Source: Escherichia coli PMV-1 (GTDB lineage: Bacteria; Pseudomonadota; Gammaproteobacteria; Enterobacterales; Enterobacteriaceae). Taken from it: a stretch of DNA of 24,000 bases. The notes under the pieces are model-generated. The model worked only from the letters and a program-made list of their open reading frames with translations. It was not told the DNA's origin and did no database searches. Below are positions 11,537 through 20,974 of the stretch, one piece after another. The DNA lies in assembly GCF_000493595.2 (NCBI RefSeq), contig NC_022370.1, one strand, 5' to 3'. Both the position numbers and the translations under genes were made by a program. Each line of letters starts with the position of its first letter. The stretch's first letter is position 1.

Positions 11537-12472
11537 TTATTGAGTGACCAGGATTGAATCGACCAGTTTAAATTCCGGTGCTTTATCCAGCGGGATAACC
11601 TTGCCGGATTTCTCAGCGTCAACCATCAGCTTCAGACCCGTTGCACCGATATCCGCCGGGTTCTGGGCAACCGTCGCGGTCATTTGTCCGGCTTCCACCA
11701 TTTTGCGGGCTTCCGGAATGCCATCTGTACCGACGACCAACACTTTGCCCGTTTTTCCAGCGTTTGCGACTGCCTGAGCAACACCCATTGCCATCGTGTC
11801 ATTCGCGCAATAGATCGCTTTAATATTCGGATTACGTTGCAACACGTTAGTGGCGACATCCAGTGCTTTAATACGGTCCCAGTCGGCAGGCTGGCTGGCG
11901 ACAAGCTTGATCTGGCTTGCTTTTTTGAAGGCTTCGGTGGCACCATTACGACGCGCTTCACCGGAGGCGTTACCGGCTTTACCCTCAATGATTGCGACTT
12001 CACCCCCTTCGGCACCCAGCTTGTCAATAATGAATGACGCGCCTTTCGCCCCGACGGCAACATTATCGGTGGTGACAAAACCTTCCACATTACCGCCTGC
12101 TTTTTTCAGATTATCCATGTCGATTTTTTCATCGAGATTGACCAGATAAATGCCTTTTTTCCATGCGCGGGCGACAGGCATGACCAGGTTCACTGAGGAT
12201 AATGGTGCGAAGGCGATACCTTTGTAATTTTTATTACTGAGATCTTCAAATAACTGCAATTGAGATTGAAAATCGCCTTCTGAAGGAGAGGCAAAAATAT
12301 CAACGCTGACGCCCAGCGTTTTTGCTTCATCTTCAATGCCTTTTTTCATATCTACCCAAAATGGATTGGAGAGTGTTTTCAATACGACGGCATATTCGGC
12401 GGCAGCAAAAGCGCTGGTTGACAACATTAAGCCCACGAGTGTGCCGCTGAAATATTTCAGATATTTATTCAT
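11537..12472 (-). CDS. alsB: Periplasmic D-allose-binding protein, 311 aa
   Basis: The signal peptide is MNKYLKYFSGTLVGLMLSTSAFA/AAEY, followed by a type I periplasmic-binding-protein fold sequence. An in-frame ATG two codons upstream (12478) is an alternative start. Confidence 0.92.
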   Translation of the reverse strand: MNKYLKYFSGTLVGLMLSTSAFAAAEYAVVLKTLSNPFWVDMKKGIEDEAKTLGVSVDIFASPSEGDFQSQLQLFEDLSNKNYKGIAFAPLSSVNLVMPVARAWKKGIYLVNLDEKIDMDNLKKAGGNVEGFVTTDNVAVGAKGASFIIDKLGAEGGEVAIIEGKAGNASGEARRNGATEAFKKASQIKLVASQPADWDRIKALDVATNVLQRNPNIKAIYCANDTMAMGVAQAVANAGKTGKVLVVGTDGIPEARKMVEAGQMTATVAQNPADIGATGLKLMVDAEKSGKVIPLDKAPEFKLVDSILVTQ

Positions 12473-12530
12473 AATCATGTTCTCACGGTAAGGGGAGAGG
12501 TAACTCCGCGATGGCGGAATTACCTTTTTC

Positions 12531-13421
12531 TTATTTCAGCGCGCCTGGTGAGAAGAAATCAACAATTGCGCCGGTTTTTTGCATATTAATATTAGCTTGT
12601 TCAATATTGAGCTGGGCGACAGAGACAAAAAACGCGTCCAGCAAAGTCAGTTGTAATATTCTTGCCGAGGCATTACGACCTAATAACGGTGTTTCCGGGG
12701 CCGGTGAGCAAATAATATAATCGGCCAGCTTCGCTATTGGTGAATGATAGCTATGCGTTATACAAATAATCTTTGCCCCGTTCTTTTTTGCCAGTTCTAC
12801 AGCCGCTTTTACATCACTGGTTCGCCCGGAATGGGTCACCACCAGCACCACATCTCCTTCCTGTAACAACGAAGCAGACATCATCATGATGTGAGCGTCC
12901 GGATAGGCCTGGCAGCGTACGCCAATGCGCAAAAACTTGTGCTGTACATCAGCACAGATAGCATTTGATCCTCCGGCACCGTACAAATCCCGCTGTCTGG
13001 CCTGATAGAAAAAGCGGGCGGCACGGTGGATCTCATCAACGTTGACGATCGACTGACCTTCCATAATGGTGCGTAAAGTGATGTTAAATACCTTATTCAC
13101 CACATCCTGCGGCGCTTCATCAAAAGCCAACTCGGAAGGCAATACTTGTTCTGACTGAGAAAAATAATCTTCCAGCGCACTGCGTAAGTTACGAAAGCCG
13201 CTAAACCCCAGCAGCTTTGATACCTTAACGATCATCGCTTCAGATACCGCCAGAGCTTCTGCGACATCTTTAATTGCGGGTGCACAACTCAGGTTACCGG
13301 GTTTGAGTAACCACTCCACGATGCGGCTTTCGTTTTCTGTCATTCCTTCCTGCTTCATTCGCAGGTAAGGCGCTAACCCGATACCGTTCGGAAGCGCTGA
13401 ATCAAACTCTGACTGGCTCAT
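12531..13421 (-). CDS. rpiR: RpiR/AlsR transcriptional repressor of rpiB and the als operon (HTH_6 + SIS domains), 296 aa
   Basis: MSQSEFDSALPNGIGLAPYLRMKQEGMTENESRIVEWLL... is followed by a C-terminal SIS phosphosugar-binding domain (VVLVVTHSGRTSD). The start is placed at the ATG giving 296 aa. The track ORF begins at an upstream GTG. Confidence 0.9.
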   Translation of the reverse strand: MSQSEFDSALPNGIGLAPYLRMKQEGMTENESRIVEWLLKPGNLSCAPAIKDVAEALAVSEAMIVKVSKLLGFSGFRNLRSALEDYFSQSEQVLPSELAFDEAPQDVVNKVFNITLRTIMEGQSIVNVDEIHRAARFFYQARQRDLYGAGGSNAICADVQHKFLRIGVRCQAYPDAHIMMMSASLLQEGDVVLVVTHSGRTSDVKAAVELAKKNGAKIICITHSYHSPIAKLADYIICSPAPETPLLGRNASARILQLTLLDAFFVSVAQLNIEQANINMQKTGAIVDFFSPGALK

Positions 13422-13779
13422 CACGTTCTCTTGTCCTTGAATTGAAGACGCCACTATATCACCACAGCAAGAACAGAAAAGATGCTGGCAACTTCACAAA
13501 AAAATAAAATTTATAAAGTTTGTTTTGTTGTGAATAATGGAGAGTGGCTTAAAATTTCATTTCATTTAATCACTTTAAAAACATGATGTTATTTGTTTTC
13601 CTGGTTTATTAGATGATAGATGTTGCTGGATAGTGAGTGTCTTTAACGCTATTGCGCTGCCAGATGTAACTCTGTAAAACAGATCGGGAAGGCGGATTTC
13701 ATCGATTTTGGGTGTTTTTAATTCATTTACATCACAAATGTTTTTTGATTGTGAAGTTTTGCGCGGGCGGGGAAGATGA
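13422..13779. promoter_or_regulatory. Divergent rpiR (alsR) / rpiB promoter-operator region
   Basis: This AT-rich 358-bp spacer lies between divergently oriented genes, so it must carry both promoters. It contains the repeated motif TTCATTTA(C)ATCAC at 13561..13573 and 13722..13735. A GGGGAAG SD-like sequence sits upstream of the rpiB ATG. I did not map any -10/-35 elements. Confidence 0.5.
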
Positions 13780-14229
13780 ATGAAAAAGATTGCATTTGGC
13801 TGTGATCATGTCGGTTTCATTTTAAAACATGAAATAGTGGCACATTTAGTTGAGCGTGACGTTGAAGTGATTGATAAAGGAACCTGGTCGTTAGAGCGTA
13901 CTGATTATCCGCATTACGCCAGTCAAGTCGCACTGGCCGTTGCTGGCGGAGAGGCTGATGGCGGGATTTTGATTTGTGGCACTGGCGTCGGTATTTCGAT
14001 AGCGGCGAACAAGTTTGCCGGAATTCGCGCGGTCGTTTGTAGCGAACCTTATTCCGCGCAACTTTCGCGGCAGCATAACGACACCAACGTGCTGGCTTTT
14101 GGTTCACGAGTGGTTGGCCTCGAACTGGCAAAAATGATTGTCGATGCGTGGCTGGGCGCACAGTACGAAGGCGGTCGTCATCAACAACGCGTGGAGGCGA
14201 TTACGGCAATAGAGCAGCAAAGGAATTGA
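13780..14229 (+). CDS. rpiB: Ribose-5-phosphate isomerase B / allose-6-phosphate isomerase (LacAB_rpiB family), 149 aa
   Basis: MKKIAFGCDHVGF...ILICGTGVGISIAANK...NVLAFGSRV contains the catalytic Cys and His context typical of RpiB. Confidence 0.95.
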   Translation: MKKIAFGCDHVGFILKHEIVAHLVERDVEVIDKGTWSLERTDYPHYASQVALAVAGGEADGGILICGTGVGISIAANKFAGIRAVVCSEPYSAQLSRQHNDTNVLAFGSRVVGLELAKMIVDAWLGAQYEGGRHQQRVEAITAIEQQRN

Positions 14230-14297
14230 GATTCATCCACTACTTGCATGGATGAGTAATGACTAATGTGGATAGAGTTTCTTTTTGAGGTTGGCTA

Positions 14298-14627
14298 ATG
14301 AAACGCTTTCCGCTATTTCTTTTATTCACCCTGCTCACGCTGTCCACCGTTCCGGCCCAGGCCGATATTATCGACGACACCATTGGCAATATTCAGCAGG
14401 CGATTAACGACGCTTATAACCCTGACCGTGGGCGAGACTATGAAGATTCGCGCGACGACGGTTGGCAACGCCAGGTGAGCGACGATCGTCGCAAGCAATA
14501 TAACGATCGCCGCCGCCAGTTTGAAGATCGCCGCAGGCAGCTGGACGATCGCCAGCGCCAGCTTGATCAGGAGCGTCGGCAACTGGAAGATGAAGAGCGG
14601 AGAATGGAAGATGAGTATGGGCGTTGA
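14298..14627 (+). CDS. yjdP: Small secreted, highly charged repeat protein of unknown function, 109 aa
   Basis: The signal peptide is MKRFPLFLLFTLLTLSTVPAQA/DII. The C-terminal half consists of 7-residue repeats: SDDRRKQ YNDRRRQ FEDRRRQ LDDRQRQ LDQERRQ LEDEERR MEDEYGR. Confidence 0.85.
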   Translation: MKRFPLFLLFTLLTLSTVPAQADIIDDTIGNIQQAINDAYNPDRGRDYEDSRDDGWQRQVSDDRRKQYNDRRRQFEDRRRQLDDRQRQLDQERRQLEDEERRMEDEYGR

Positions 14628-14654
14628 TATAGGGGCCGGCGCGGGTATTTTCCC

Positions 14655-15413
14655 TCACGCCACCTCAATATCCATCCCATCAAACCCCGCCTCAAACCCC
14701 GATGGTAGCGCGTTTTCCATCAGCCACGCATCAAACTGATGGCTGATATGGGTCAGAATCACCCGCGGCGAGCGGATAACCTGATTCAGCGCAAGCACGG
14801 TATTTAAATCACAGTGATTACGCGGTGCATCCTCGCGCGGCGGGTGGCTGCAATCAATCACCATTACCTGTGGCTGATTATTGCGTAAAAATTTCAGCGT
14901 TTTTTCCGGCAGGCCTGCAGTGTCAGACAGCCACGCCACCCGGCTATGTGCCGTTTCCAGTAGATAGCCGAAAGTGAGTTTCGAATGGTTAAGCGGCAGC
15001 GGCGTGACCTGCAACCCCTGCAAATCAAACACCACAAACGGCTCCACCGTGTGGCTGAAATCAAGCAGGCCCGGATGTTTAAACAGATCGTCGCAGCCCT
15101 GCTCATCCGGTGGACCGTAGACCGGGATTGTGTCGCCCACGCCCCAGCGCAGCGGGAACAGCCCCTGGACGTGATCCATATGGTAGTGCGTCAGCAAAAA
15201 CTGCTGGAACGATCCGGGCGACCAGCGATCGGCGAGATCGTGCAGCCCGGCGTCGATCAGGGTGATCGCGTCGTTAAACTTCACGACGCCGCTGCATGGC
15301 TGGCGGCGATACTGCGGCGAGCGTCGCGCTCTGGCGCAGGCCGCGCACTCGCAGCCCCATGCCGGAACGCCCTGTGCGCCGCCGGTGCCGGTGAGCGTGA
15401 GGGTCAGGCTCAT
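14655..15413 (-). CDS. phnP: Phosphoribosyl 1,2-cyclic phosphate phosphodiesterase (metallo-beta-lactamase family), 252 aa
   Basis: The MBL motif is [10 protein letters not shown] and the N-terminal Cys cluster is CECAACARA. It is the last gene of the phn operon. Confidence 0.95.
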   Translation of the reverse strand: MSLTLTLTGTGGAQGVPAWGCECAACARARRSPQYRRQPCSGVVKFNDAITLIDAGLHDLADRWSPGSFQQFLLTHYHMDHVQGLFPLRWGVGDTIPVYGPPDEQGCDDLFKHPGLLDFSHTVEPFVVFDLQGLQVTPLPLNHSKLTFGYLLETAHSRVAWLSDTAGLPEKTLKFLRNNQPQVMVIDCSHPPREDAPRNHCDLNTVLALNQVIRSPRVILTHISHQFDAWLMENALPSGFEAGFDGMDIEVA

Positions 15414-15414
15414 G

Positions 15415-15849
15415 TTACAGCGCCTTGGTGAAGCGGAAGTGGCTCTGCTCGTAGCCTTCGCGCAGGTAAAATCGGTGCGCGTCGTGGCGCTTCACGTTGG
15501 TGGAAAGCTCGGTCATTTCGGCCCCGGCCTGGCGGGCTTCTTCTTCTGCCCATGCCAGTAATTTACTGCCGACGTTCAGACCGCGCGCCTGCGGCATCAC
15601 CACCAGTTCCTGAATTTCGCCGATCCAGTTGACATGATGCAGATGAAACTGCAAATGCAGGCCGATCATGCCGACAACCTCGCCATCCAACAGCGCCAGA
15701 TGGTAGCGCATATTCGGGTCACGCAGGTTGGCGTTAAAGCCCACGCGAAACGCCTGGTGGTCAAACTCCGCTTGTTTTAGCTCACAAATCAGCGCGTAAA
15801 CCGCGTCGGTGTCGTACTGCGTTGCCGGGCGAAGTTCACAAGCAGGCAT
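15415..15849 (-). CDS. phnO: Aminoalkylphosphonate N-acetyltransferase (GNAT), 144 aa
   Basis: The GNAT acetyl-CoA motif region is [28 protein letters not shown]. It overlaps phnN by 14 nt. Confidence 0.94.
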   Translation of the reverse strand: MPACELRPATQYDTDAVYALICELKQAEFDHQAFRVGFNANLRDPNMRYHLALLDGEVVGMIGLHLQFHLHHVNWIGEIQELVVMPQARGLNVGSKLLAWAEEEARQAGAEMTELSTNVKRHDAHRFYLREGYEQSHFRFTKAL

Positions 15850-16393
15850 GGTGTTTCTCCTTCTGATGAATCAGCGTCAGCAGCGTGTCGACCGACTGGC
15901 GCAGGCTGCCGTCATTATTGAGCGTATGGCAATCCTGAGGAGTATAGCGGGCGGCGCGCGCCAGCCGGGCATTAATTTCACTGGCGTTTTCGCGGCCACG
16001 GTTTTCCAGGCGCTGGCGCAGGATCTCCGGCGAAACCTGTAAACAGATGGGCAGCAGCGCCGATTGATAACGCGCCCGCGCCTGCGGCAGGTGGGCGCGT
16101 GAGCCGTTAACCACGACGTCGAATCCGGCGTGCAGCCAGAGGTCGATCTCAATGCCGACACCGTAATACAAACCATTAGCATGCCAGCTCAAGGCCAGAA
16201 GGTTCTGCCCCGCGCGGGTAAAAAACTCCTGCTCGCTTAAGGCGATATGGTTTTCACTTCCGGCGCTGGCATCACGCGTGATGTAGCGATGCGCTACCAG
16301 TAGCTGGGTTTGTTCCCGCTGGCGGAGTTCCGTCAACAGACTGTCTTTTCCGGAGCCAGAGGCCCCCATTAACCAAATCAGTTTTCCCGTCAT
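15836..16393 (-). CDS. phnN: Ribose 1,5-bisphosphate phosphokinase, 185 aa
   Basis: The P-loop is GASGSGKDS in a guanylate-kinase-like fold. Its ATG shares 1 nt with the phnM TGA (TGATG). Confidence 0.94.
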   Translation of the reverse strand: MTGKLIWLMGASGSGKDSLLTELRQREQTQLLVAHRYITRDASAGSENHIALSEQEFFTRAGQNLLALSWHANGLYYGVGIEIDLWLHAGFDVVVNGSRAHLPQARARYQSALLPICLQVSPEILRQRLENRGRENASEINARLARAARYTPQDCHTLNNDGSLRQSVDTLLTLIHQKEKHHACL

Positions 16394-17529
16394 CAGAACA
16401 CCCTTTTACCCTGACGCCAGACGTGGTCGATATGAATGTGGTTGCCCTTGCGATGCGCCAGCACCAGGTCGGCGCGTTTGCCCTCGCCAATCACCCCGCG
16501 ATCCTGAAGATTAAGCGCCTGCGCCGGATTTTTAGTCACCAGCTTCACCGCCTGCGGCAGCGTAAAGCGGTTGCTCTCGTCATCGGCGACGCGAAATGCC
16601 GCATCGAGCAGGCTGGCGGGGTAGTAGTCGGAAGAGAGGATATCCAGCAGGCCAAGCTGTGCCAGTTCACTGGCCGCCACGTTGCCGGAGTGCGAACCGC
16701 CGCGCACGATATTCGGCGCGCCCATCAGTACGTTCATGCCATGCTTGCGCGAGGCTTCTGCCGCTTCGAACGTGGTGGGAAATTCGGCGATCACGCTGCC
16801 AAGCTGGTGGGATTCGGCAACGTGGGCGTGCGTGGCGTCATCGTGGCTGGCGAGGGCAATGTGTCGCGCGCGGCACATTGCGGCGATAGTTTCGCGATTA
16901 GGCTGTGACCAGCGTGCGGCAAGCGCCAGTTGCTCCTCTTCGTACTGTTGCATCTGCGCATCGGTGAGCGAGTATTTGCCCTGATAATATTCACGATATT
17001 TTTCGCGGTTGGCGAACTGGCGCTGGCCCGGTGAGTGATCCATCAGCGACACCAGCGTTACCAGTTCGCGCTGTACCAGTTTTTCAAACAGCGGCAGCGT
17101 GGTGTGATGCGGCAGTTCGCAGCGTAGGTGCAGACGGTGCTCGGCACGGTTGACGCCGCGTTTCTGCGTCTCTTCGATGGCGTTGATCATCTTCTCCAGA
17201 TTCTCCAGCCGATCGCCGCCGTCGCGTACATCACCAATCGCCACGGCGTCCAGCACGGTGGTGATGCCGCTCGCCACCATCAGCGCGTCGTGGCTGCTCA
17301 TCGCCGAGTGGGCTGGCCAGTCAACTTTCGGGCGCGGGGTGAAGAATTTATCCAGATTATCGGTATGCAGCTCAATCAGCCCCGGTAGCAGCCAGCCGCC
17401 TTCGCCGTCCATTGCTTCTGACAGGTGACTCTGGCTTTCGGCAAAGGCGCGGATTTCGCCGTCCTGCATCTCCAGAGAACCGTGTACCACCTCGTTTTCC
17501 AGCACCAGTTTGACGTTATTGATAATCAT
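16393..17529 (-). CDS. phnM: Alpha-D-ribose 1-methylphosphonate 5-triphosphate diphosphatase (amidohydrolase superfamily), 378 aa
   Basis: The metal-binding HTD motif (LIELHTDNL) and length match PhnM. It has an ATGA overlap with phnL. Confidence 0.94.
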   Translation of the reverse strand: MIINNVKLVLENEVVHGSLEMQDGEIRAFAESQSHLSEAMDGEGGWLLPGLIELHTDNLDKFFTPRPKVDWPAHSAMSSHDALMVASGITTVLDAVAIGDVRDGGDRLENLEKMINAIEETQKRGVNRAEHRLHLRCELPHHTTLPLFEKLVQRELVTLVSLMDHSPGQRQFANREKYREYYQGKYSLTDAQMQQYEEEQLALAARWSQPNRETIAAMCRARHIALASHDDATHAHVAESHQLGSVIAEFPTTFEAAEASRKHGMNVLMGAPNIVRGGSHSGNVAASELAQLGLLDILSSDYYPASLLDAAFRVADDESNRFTLPQAVKLVTKNPAQALNLQDRGVIGEGKRADLVLAHRKGNHIHIDHVWRQGKRVF

Positions 17530-18206
17530 GAAGAGACTCCCATTGGGTGCAGGCGGTCGGCGACTTGCTCGCGCACGGTTTCGTCATGGAAGATACCGAC
17601 GATGGCCGCGCCGCGGGCTTTGGCTTCGCGGATCAGTTCCACTACGGCGGCGCTGTTTTTAGCGTCCAGCGAGGCGGTAGGTTCGTCGAGCAGCAGAATG
17701 GGGTAGTCGACGATAAAGCCACGGGCGATGTTGACACGCTGCTGTTCGCCGCCGGAGAAGGTCGATGGTGCCAGGTGCCACAGGCGTTCAGGCACGTTCA
17801 GGTGGGTGAGGAGACGCGCGGCTTTAGCGGCGCAGGCTTCACGCGGTACGCCGGTATCGAGCAGCGGCTGCATCACCACTTCCAGTGCCGAAATACGTGG
17901 GATGACGCGCAGAAACTGGCTTACCCAGCCGACAGTGGTTTTGCGGATCTCCACCACTTTGCGCGCTGGCGCGGTGACCAGGTCGACCCATTCATCACCG
18001 TGTTTGATCTGGATTTGCCCTTCGTCGGGTAGATAGTTGGCATACAGCGAGCGTAGCAGAGTTGATTTTCCACTGCCGGAATGGCCGTGGAGTACCACGC
18101 ATTCGCCGGCGTTGACGGTGAGTGAGGCGCCTTGTAATACAGGCAGGCGCACGCCGTTTTGCTGGTGCAGGATGAAGGTTTTACTGACGTTTTGTACGTT
18201 AATCAT
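17526..18206 (-). CDS. phnL: ABC-type ATPase subunit of the RPnTP synthase step of the C-P lyase pathway, 226 aa
   Basis: [11 protein letters not shown]..., Walker [10 protein letters not shown], signature FSGGEQQR and Walker B LLLDEPT. The 38-codon N-terminal extension in the track ORF runs through REP sequence, so I rejected it. Confidence 0.92.
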   Translation of the reverse strand: MINVQNVSKTFILHQQNGVRLPVLQGASLTVNAGECVVLHGHSGSGKSTLLRSLYANYLPDEGQIQIKHGDEWVDLVTAPARKVVEIRKTTVGWVSQFLRVIPRISALEVVMQPLLDTGVPREACAAKAARLLTHLNVPERLWHLAPSTFSGGEQQRVNIARGFIVDYPILLLDEPTASLDAKNSAAVVELIREAKARGAAIVGIFHDETVREQVADRLHPMGVSS

Positions 18207-18227
18207 TTTTCGCCTCGTGGTTCGGGT

Positions 18228-18311
<84 letters not shown>

Positions 18312-18316
18312 CCAGC

Positions 18317-19075
18317 TCAATTCTGCAAAACCGATGACACCAGCAACTGGGTATACGGATGGTGCGGGTCGTCGAGCACGCGGTCGGTTAACCCACTCTC
18401 CACCACTTTCCCTTGCTTCATTACCAGCAAACGGTCCGCCAGCAGACGGGCGACGCCTAAATCGTGGGTGACAATCACCACCGCCAGGTTAAGCTCCATC
18501 ACCAGACCGCGGAGCAGGTCCAGCAGGCGCGCCTGTACCGACACATCCAGCCCGCCAGTGGGTTCATCCATAAACACCAGCTTCGGATGCGTCACCAGGT
18601 TGCGGGCAATCTGCAAACGTTGCTGCATGCCGCCGGAAAAGGTGGTCGGCAGGTCGTCGATCCGGTTGGCGGGAATCTCCACCTCTTCCAGCCATTTCTG
18701 CGCGGTGGCGCGAATATCGCCGTAATGACGCGCTCCGGTTGCCATCAACCGTTCGCCGATATTGCCGCCTGCCGACACCTGGCGGCGCAGGCCGTCAAGC
18801 GGATGCTGATGCACCACACCCCATTCGGTGCGCAGCAGGCGACGGCGGTCGGCCTCGCTCATCGCGTACAGCGAACGGTTCTCGTAGCGAATTTCCCCTT
18901 GCTGTGGTGTCAGGCGGGCGGAGATCGACTTCAGCAGCGTGGTCTTCCCGGAGCCGGACTCCCCAACAATGCCCAGAACTTCTCCCGGCCATAAATCAAA
19001 AGAGACATCGCTGAAGCCTTTGCCCGGGGCATAAAGGTGGGTCAGGTTATTGACCGAAAGTAACGGTTGATTCAT
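18317..19075 (-). CDS. phnK: ABC-type ATPase accessory subunit of the C-P lyase core complex, 252 aa
   Basis: [15 protein letters not shown]..., Walker [10 protein letters not shown], signature FSGGMQQR and Walker B VFMDEPT. The start at 19075 forms an ATGA overlap with the phnJ stop. Confidence 0.93.
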   Translation of the reverse strand: MNQPLLSVNNLTHLYAPGKGFSDVSFDLWPGEVLGIVGESGSGKTTLLKSISARLTPQQGEIRYENRSLYAMSEADRRRLLRTEWGVVHQHPLDGLRRQVSAGGNIGERLMATGARHYGDIRATAQKWLEEVEIPANRIDDLPTTFSGGMQQRLQIARNLVTHPKLVFMDEPTGGLDVSVQARLLDLLRGLVMELNLAVVIVTHDLGVARLLADRLLVMKQGKVVESGLTDRVLDDPHHPYTQLLVSSVLQN

Positions 19076-19917
19076 TGGCTTTTGGCCTCGTTCTGTTGGC
19101 GGCAATAATCGGTATCGGAGCAGACAAACATGCGGTTTCCGGCGTCATCCAGCACCACTTCGTCGAGGTAACTGTGGGTCGATCCGCAGATGGCGCATGG
19201 TTCATCCCACTGCTGGACGGTGAACGGATGATCATCGAAATCGAGGCTTTCCACGCGGGTAAACGGTGGCACGGCATAGATGCGCTTCTCGCGCCCCGCG
19301 CCAAACAGTTGCAGGGCGGGCATCATGTCCATTTTCGGGTTATCGAATTTCGGGATCGGCGACGGGTCCATTACGTAGCGCCCGTTCACCTTCACCGGAT
19401 AGGCGTAGGTGGTGGCGATATGACCGAAGCGGGCGATATCTTCATACAGTTTCACCTGCATCACGCCGTACTCCTCCAGCGCGTGCATGGTGCGCGTTTC
19501 CGTCTCACGCGGCTCAATAAAGCGCAGCGGTTCGGGGATCGGCACCTGGAAGATAATGATCTGATCTTCGGTCAGCGGCGTTTCGGGTATGCGGTGACGC
19601 GTCTGGATAAGTGTCGCATCGTCCGTGCGCTCGGTGGTGTTCACCCCGGTCACGCGCTTAAAGAAGTTACGAATCGACACGGCGTTGGTGGTATCGTCTG
19701 CGCCCTGGTCAATCACCTTCAACACGTCGCTTTCGCCAATCACGCTGGCGGTGAGCTGAATGCCGCCGGTTCCCCAGCCGTAGGGCATCGGCATCTCGCG
19801 TCCGCCAAACGGCACCTGATAACCGGGGATTGCCACCGCTTTTAAGATAGCGCGGCGGATCATGCGTTTGGTCTGCTCGTCGAGGTAAGCAAAGTTGTAG
19901 CCGCTCAGATTAGCCAT
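19072..19917 (-). CDS. phnJ: Alpha-D-ribose 1-methylphosphonate 5-phosphate C-P lyase (radical SAM enzyme), 281 aa
   Basis: MANLSGYNFAYLDEQTKRMIRR... has the C-terminal Fe-S cysteine cluster CAICGSTHSYLDEVVLDDAGNRMFVCSDTDYC. The 63-codon extension in the track ORF lies inside phnI and I rejected it. Confidence 0.94.
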   Translation of the reverse strand: MANLSGYNFAYLDEQTKRMIRRAILKAVAIPGYQVPFGGREMPMPYGWGTGGIQLTASVIGESDVLKVIDQGADDTTNAVSIRNFFKRVTGVNTTERTDDATLIQTRHRIPETPLTEDQIIIFQVPIPEPLRFIEPRETETRTMHALEEYGVMQVKLYEDIARFGHIATTYAYPVKVNGRYVMDPSPIPKFDNPKMDMMPALQLFGAGREKRIYAVPPFTRVESLDFDDHPFTVQQWDEPCAICGSTHSYLDEVVLDDAGNRMFVCSDTDYCRQQNEAKSQ

Positions 19918-20974
19918 GGTTCTGCTCCTGTTGCAGACGTTTGAGTAGCTCCAGTTCGGCCTGGAAATCGACGTAGTGCGGGAGTTTGAGATGCGAAACA
20001 AAGCCTGCGGCTTCGACGTTGTCGGCATGGGCCAGCACGAACTCTTCATCCTGTGCCGGACCTGTTGCGTGCTCGCCGTATTCCGGTGCCTGCAACGCAC
20101 GGTCAACCAGCGCCATCGCCATTGCTTTGCGCTCGCTCATGCCGAACACCAGCCCATAGCCGCGTGTAAAATGCGGTGGTTCATCCGGCGGGTCGATAAA
20201 ACCGTTGACCATTTCACACTCGGTCATCAACAATTCGCCGACGTTCACCGCAAATCCCAGCTCTTCCGGCACAATAAATATATCGATATAGCCACTGCGA
20301 ATTTCGCCTGCGAACGGGTGATTGCGCCCGTAACCGCGTTGGGTGGAGTAGGCCAGCGCCAACAAATAGCCTTCGTCACCGCGCATTAATTGTTGTAGAC
20401 GGGAAGAACGCGAACAGGGATAAACCGGCGGCGTGCGGGTGATGTCGTCCGGTTGTGCGCCGCTATCTTCTTCAAACTTCGCCAGCCCCTGACGCGCCAG
20501 CAGGCTGAAGACGTGTGGCGACGGTTGCTGTTCGCTGTCAGCGGTGGTCAGCGTTGGCGTTTCGCCGTTTGCCAGCAGGGTGAAATCGAGCAGGCGATGG
20601 GTGTAGTCGTAGGTGGGGCCAAGCAGTTGGCCGCCGGGAATGTCTTTATAAATTGCTGAAATACGCCGTTCGAGACGCATCCCGGTGGTGTCGAGCGGCT
20701 CACTGACCGCCAGCTTCGCCAGCGTGGTGCGGTAGGCGCGCAACAGGAAAATCGCTTCGACGTTATCGCCGCTGGCCTGTTTCAGCGCCAGCGCGGCCAG
20801 CTCGCGGTCGGCAATACCGCCTTCGGTCATCACGCGATCTACCGCGAGGTTAAGCTGCTGTTCAATCTGGGCGACGCTCAGTTCAGGCAAATCAGTATCG
20901 CCCCGGCGTCGGCTCTCTTGCAGGGCGTGGGCGGCGTCGATCGCCTTTTCGCCCCCTTTCACGGCAACGTACAT
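19910..20974 (-). CDS. phnI: C-P lyase pathway PhnI (RPnTP synthase catalytic / nucleosidase subunit), 354 aa
   Basis: [21 protein letters not shown].... The ATG at 20974 forms an ATGA overlap with the phnH stop. Length matches PhnI. Confidence 0.93.
   Translation of the reverse strand: MYVAVKGGEKAIDAAHALQESRRRGDTDLPELSVAQIEQQLNLAVDRVMTEGGIADRELAALALKQASGDNVEAIFLLRAYRTTLAKLAVSEPLDTTGMRLERRISAIYKDIPGGQLLGPTYDYTHRLLDFTLLANGETPTLTTADSEQQPSPHVFSLLARQGLAKFEEDSGAQPDDITRTPPVYPCSRSSRLQQLMRGDEGYLLALAYSTQRGYGRNHPFAGEIRSGYIDIFIVPEELGFAVNVGELLMTECEMVNGFIDPPDEPPHFTRGYGLVFGMSERKAMAMALVDRALQAPEYGEHATGPAQDEEFVLAHADNVEAAGFVSHLKLPHYVDFQAELELLKRLQQEQNHG

Noticed and set aside
14233-14255. A 7-bp stem (TCATCCA...TGGATGA) just after rpiB, considered as a possible terminator
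   Set aside because: The stem is short and AT-containing with a 9-nt loop and no adjacent T-tract. That is insufficient to call a terminator from sequence alone.
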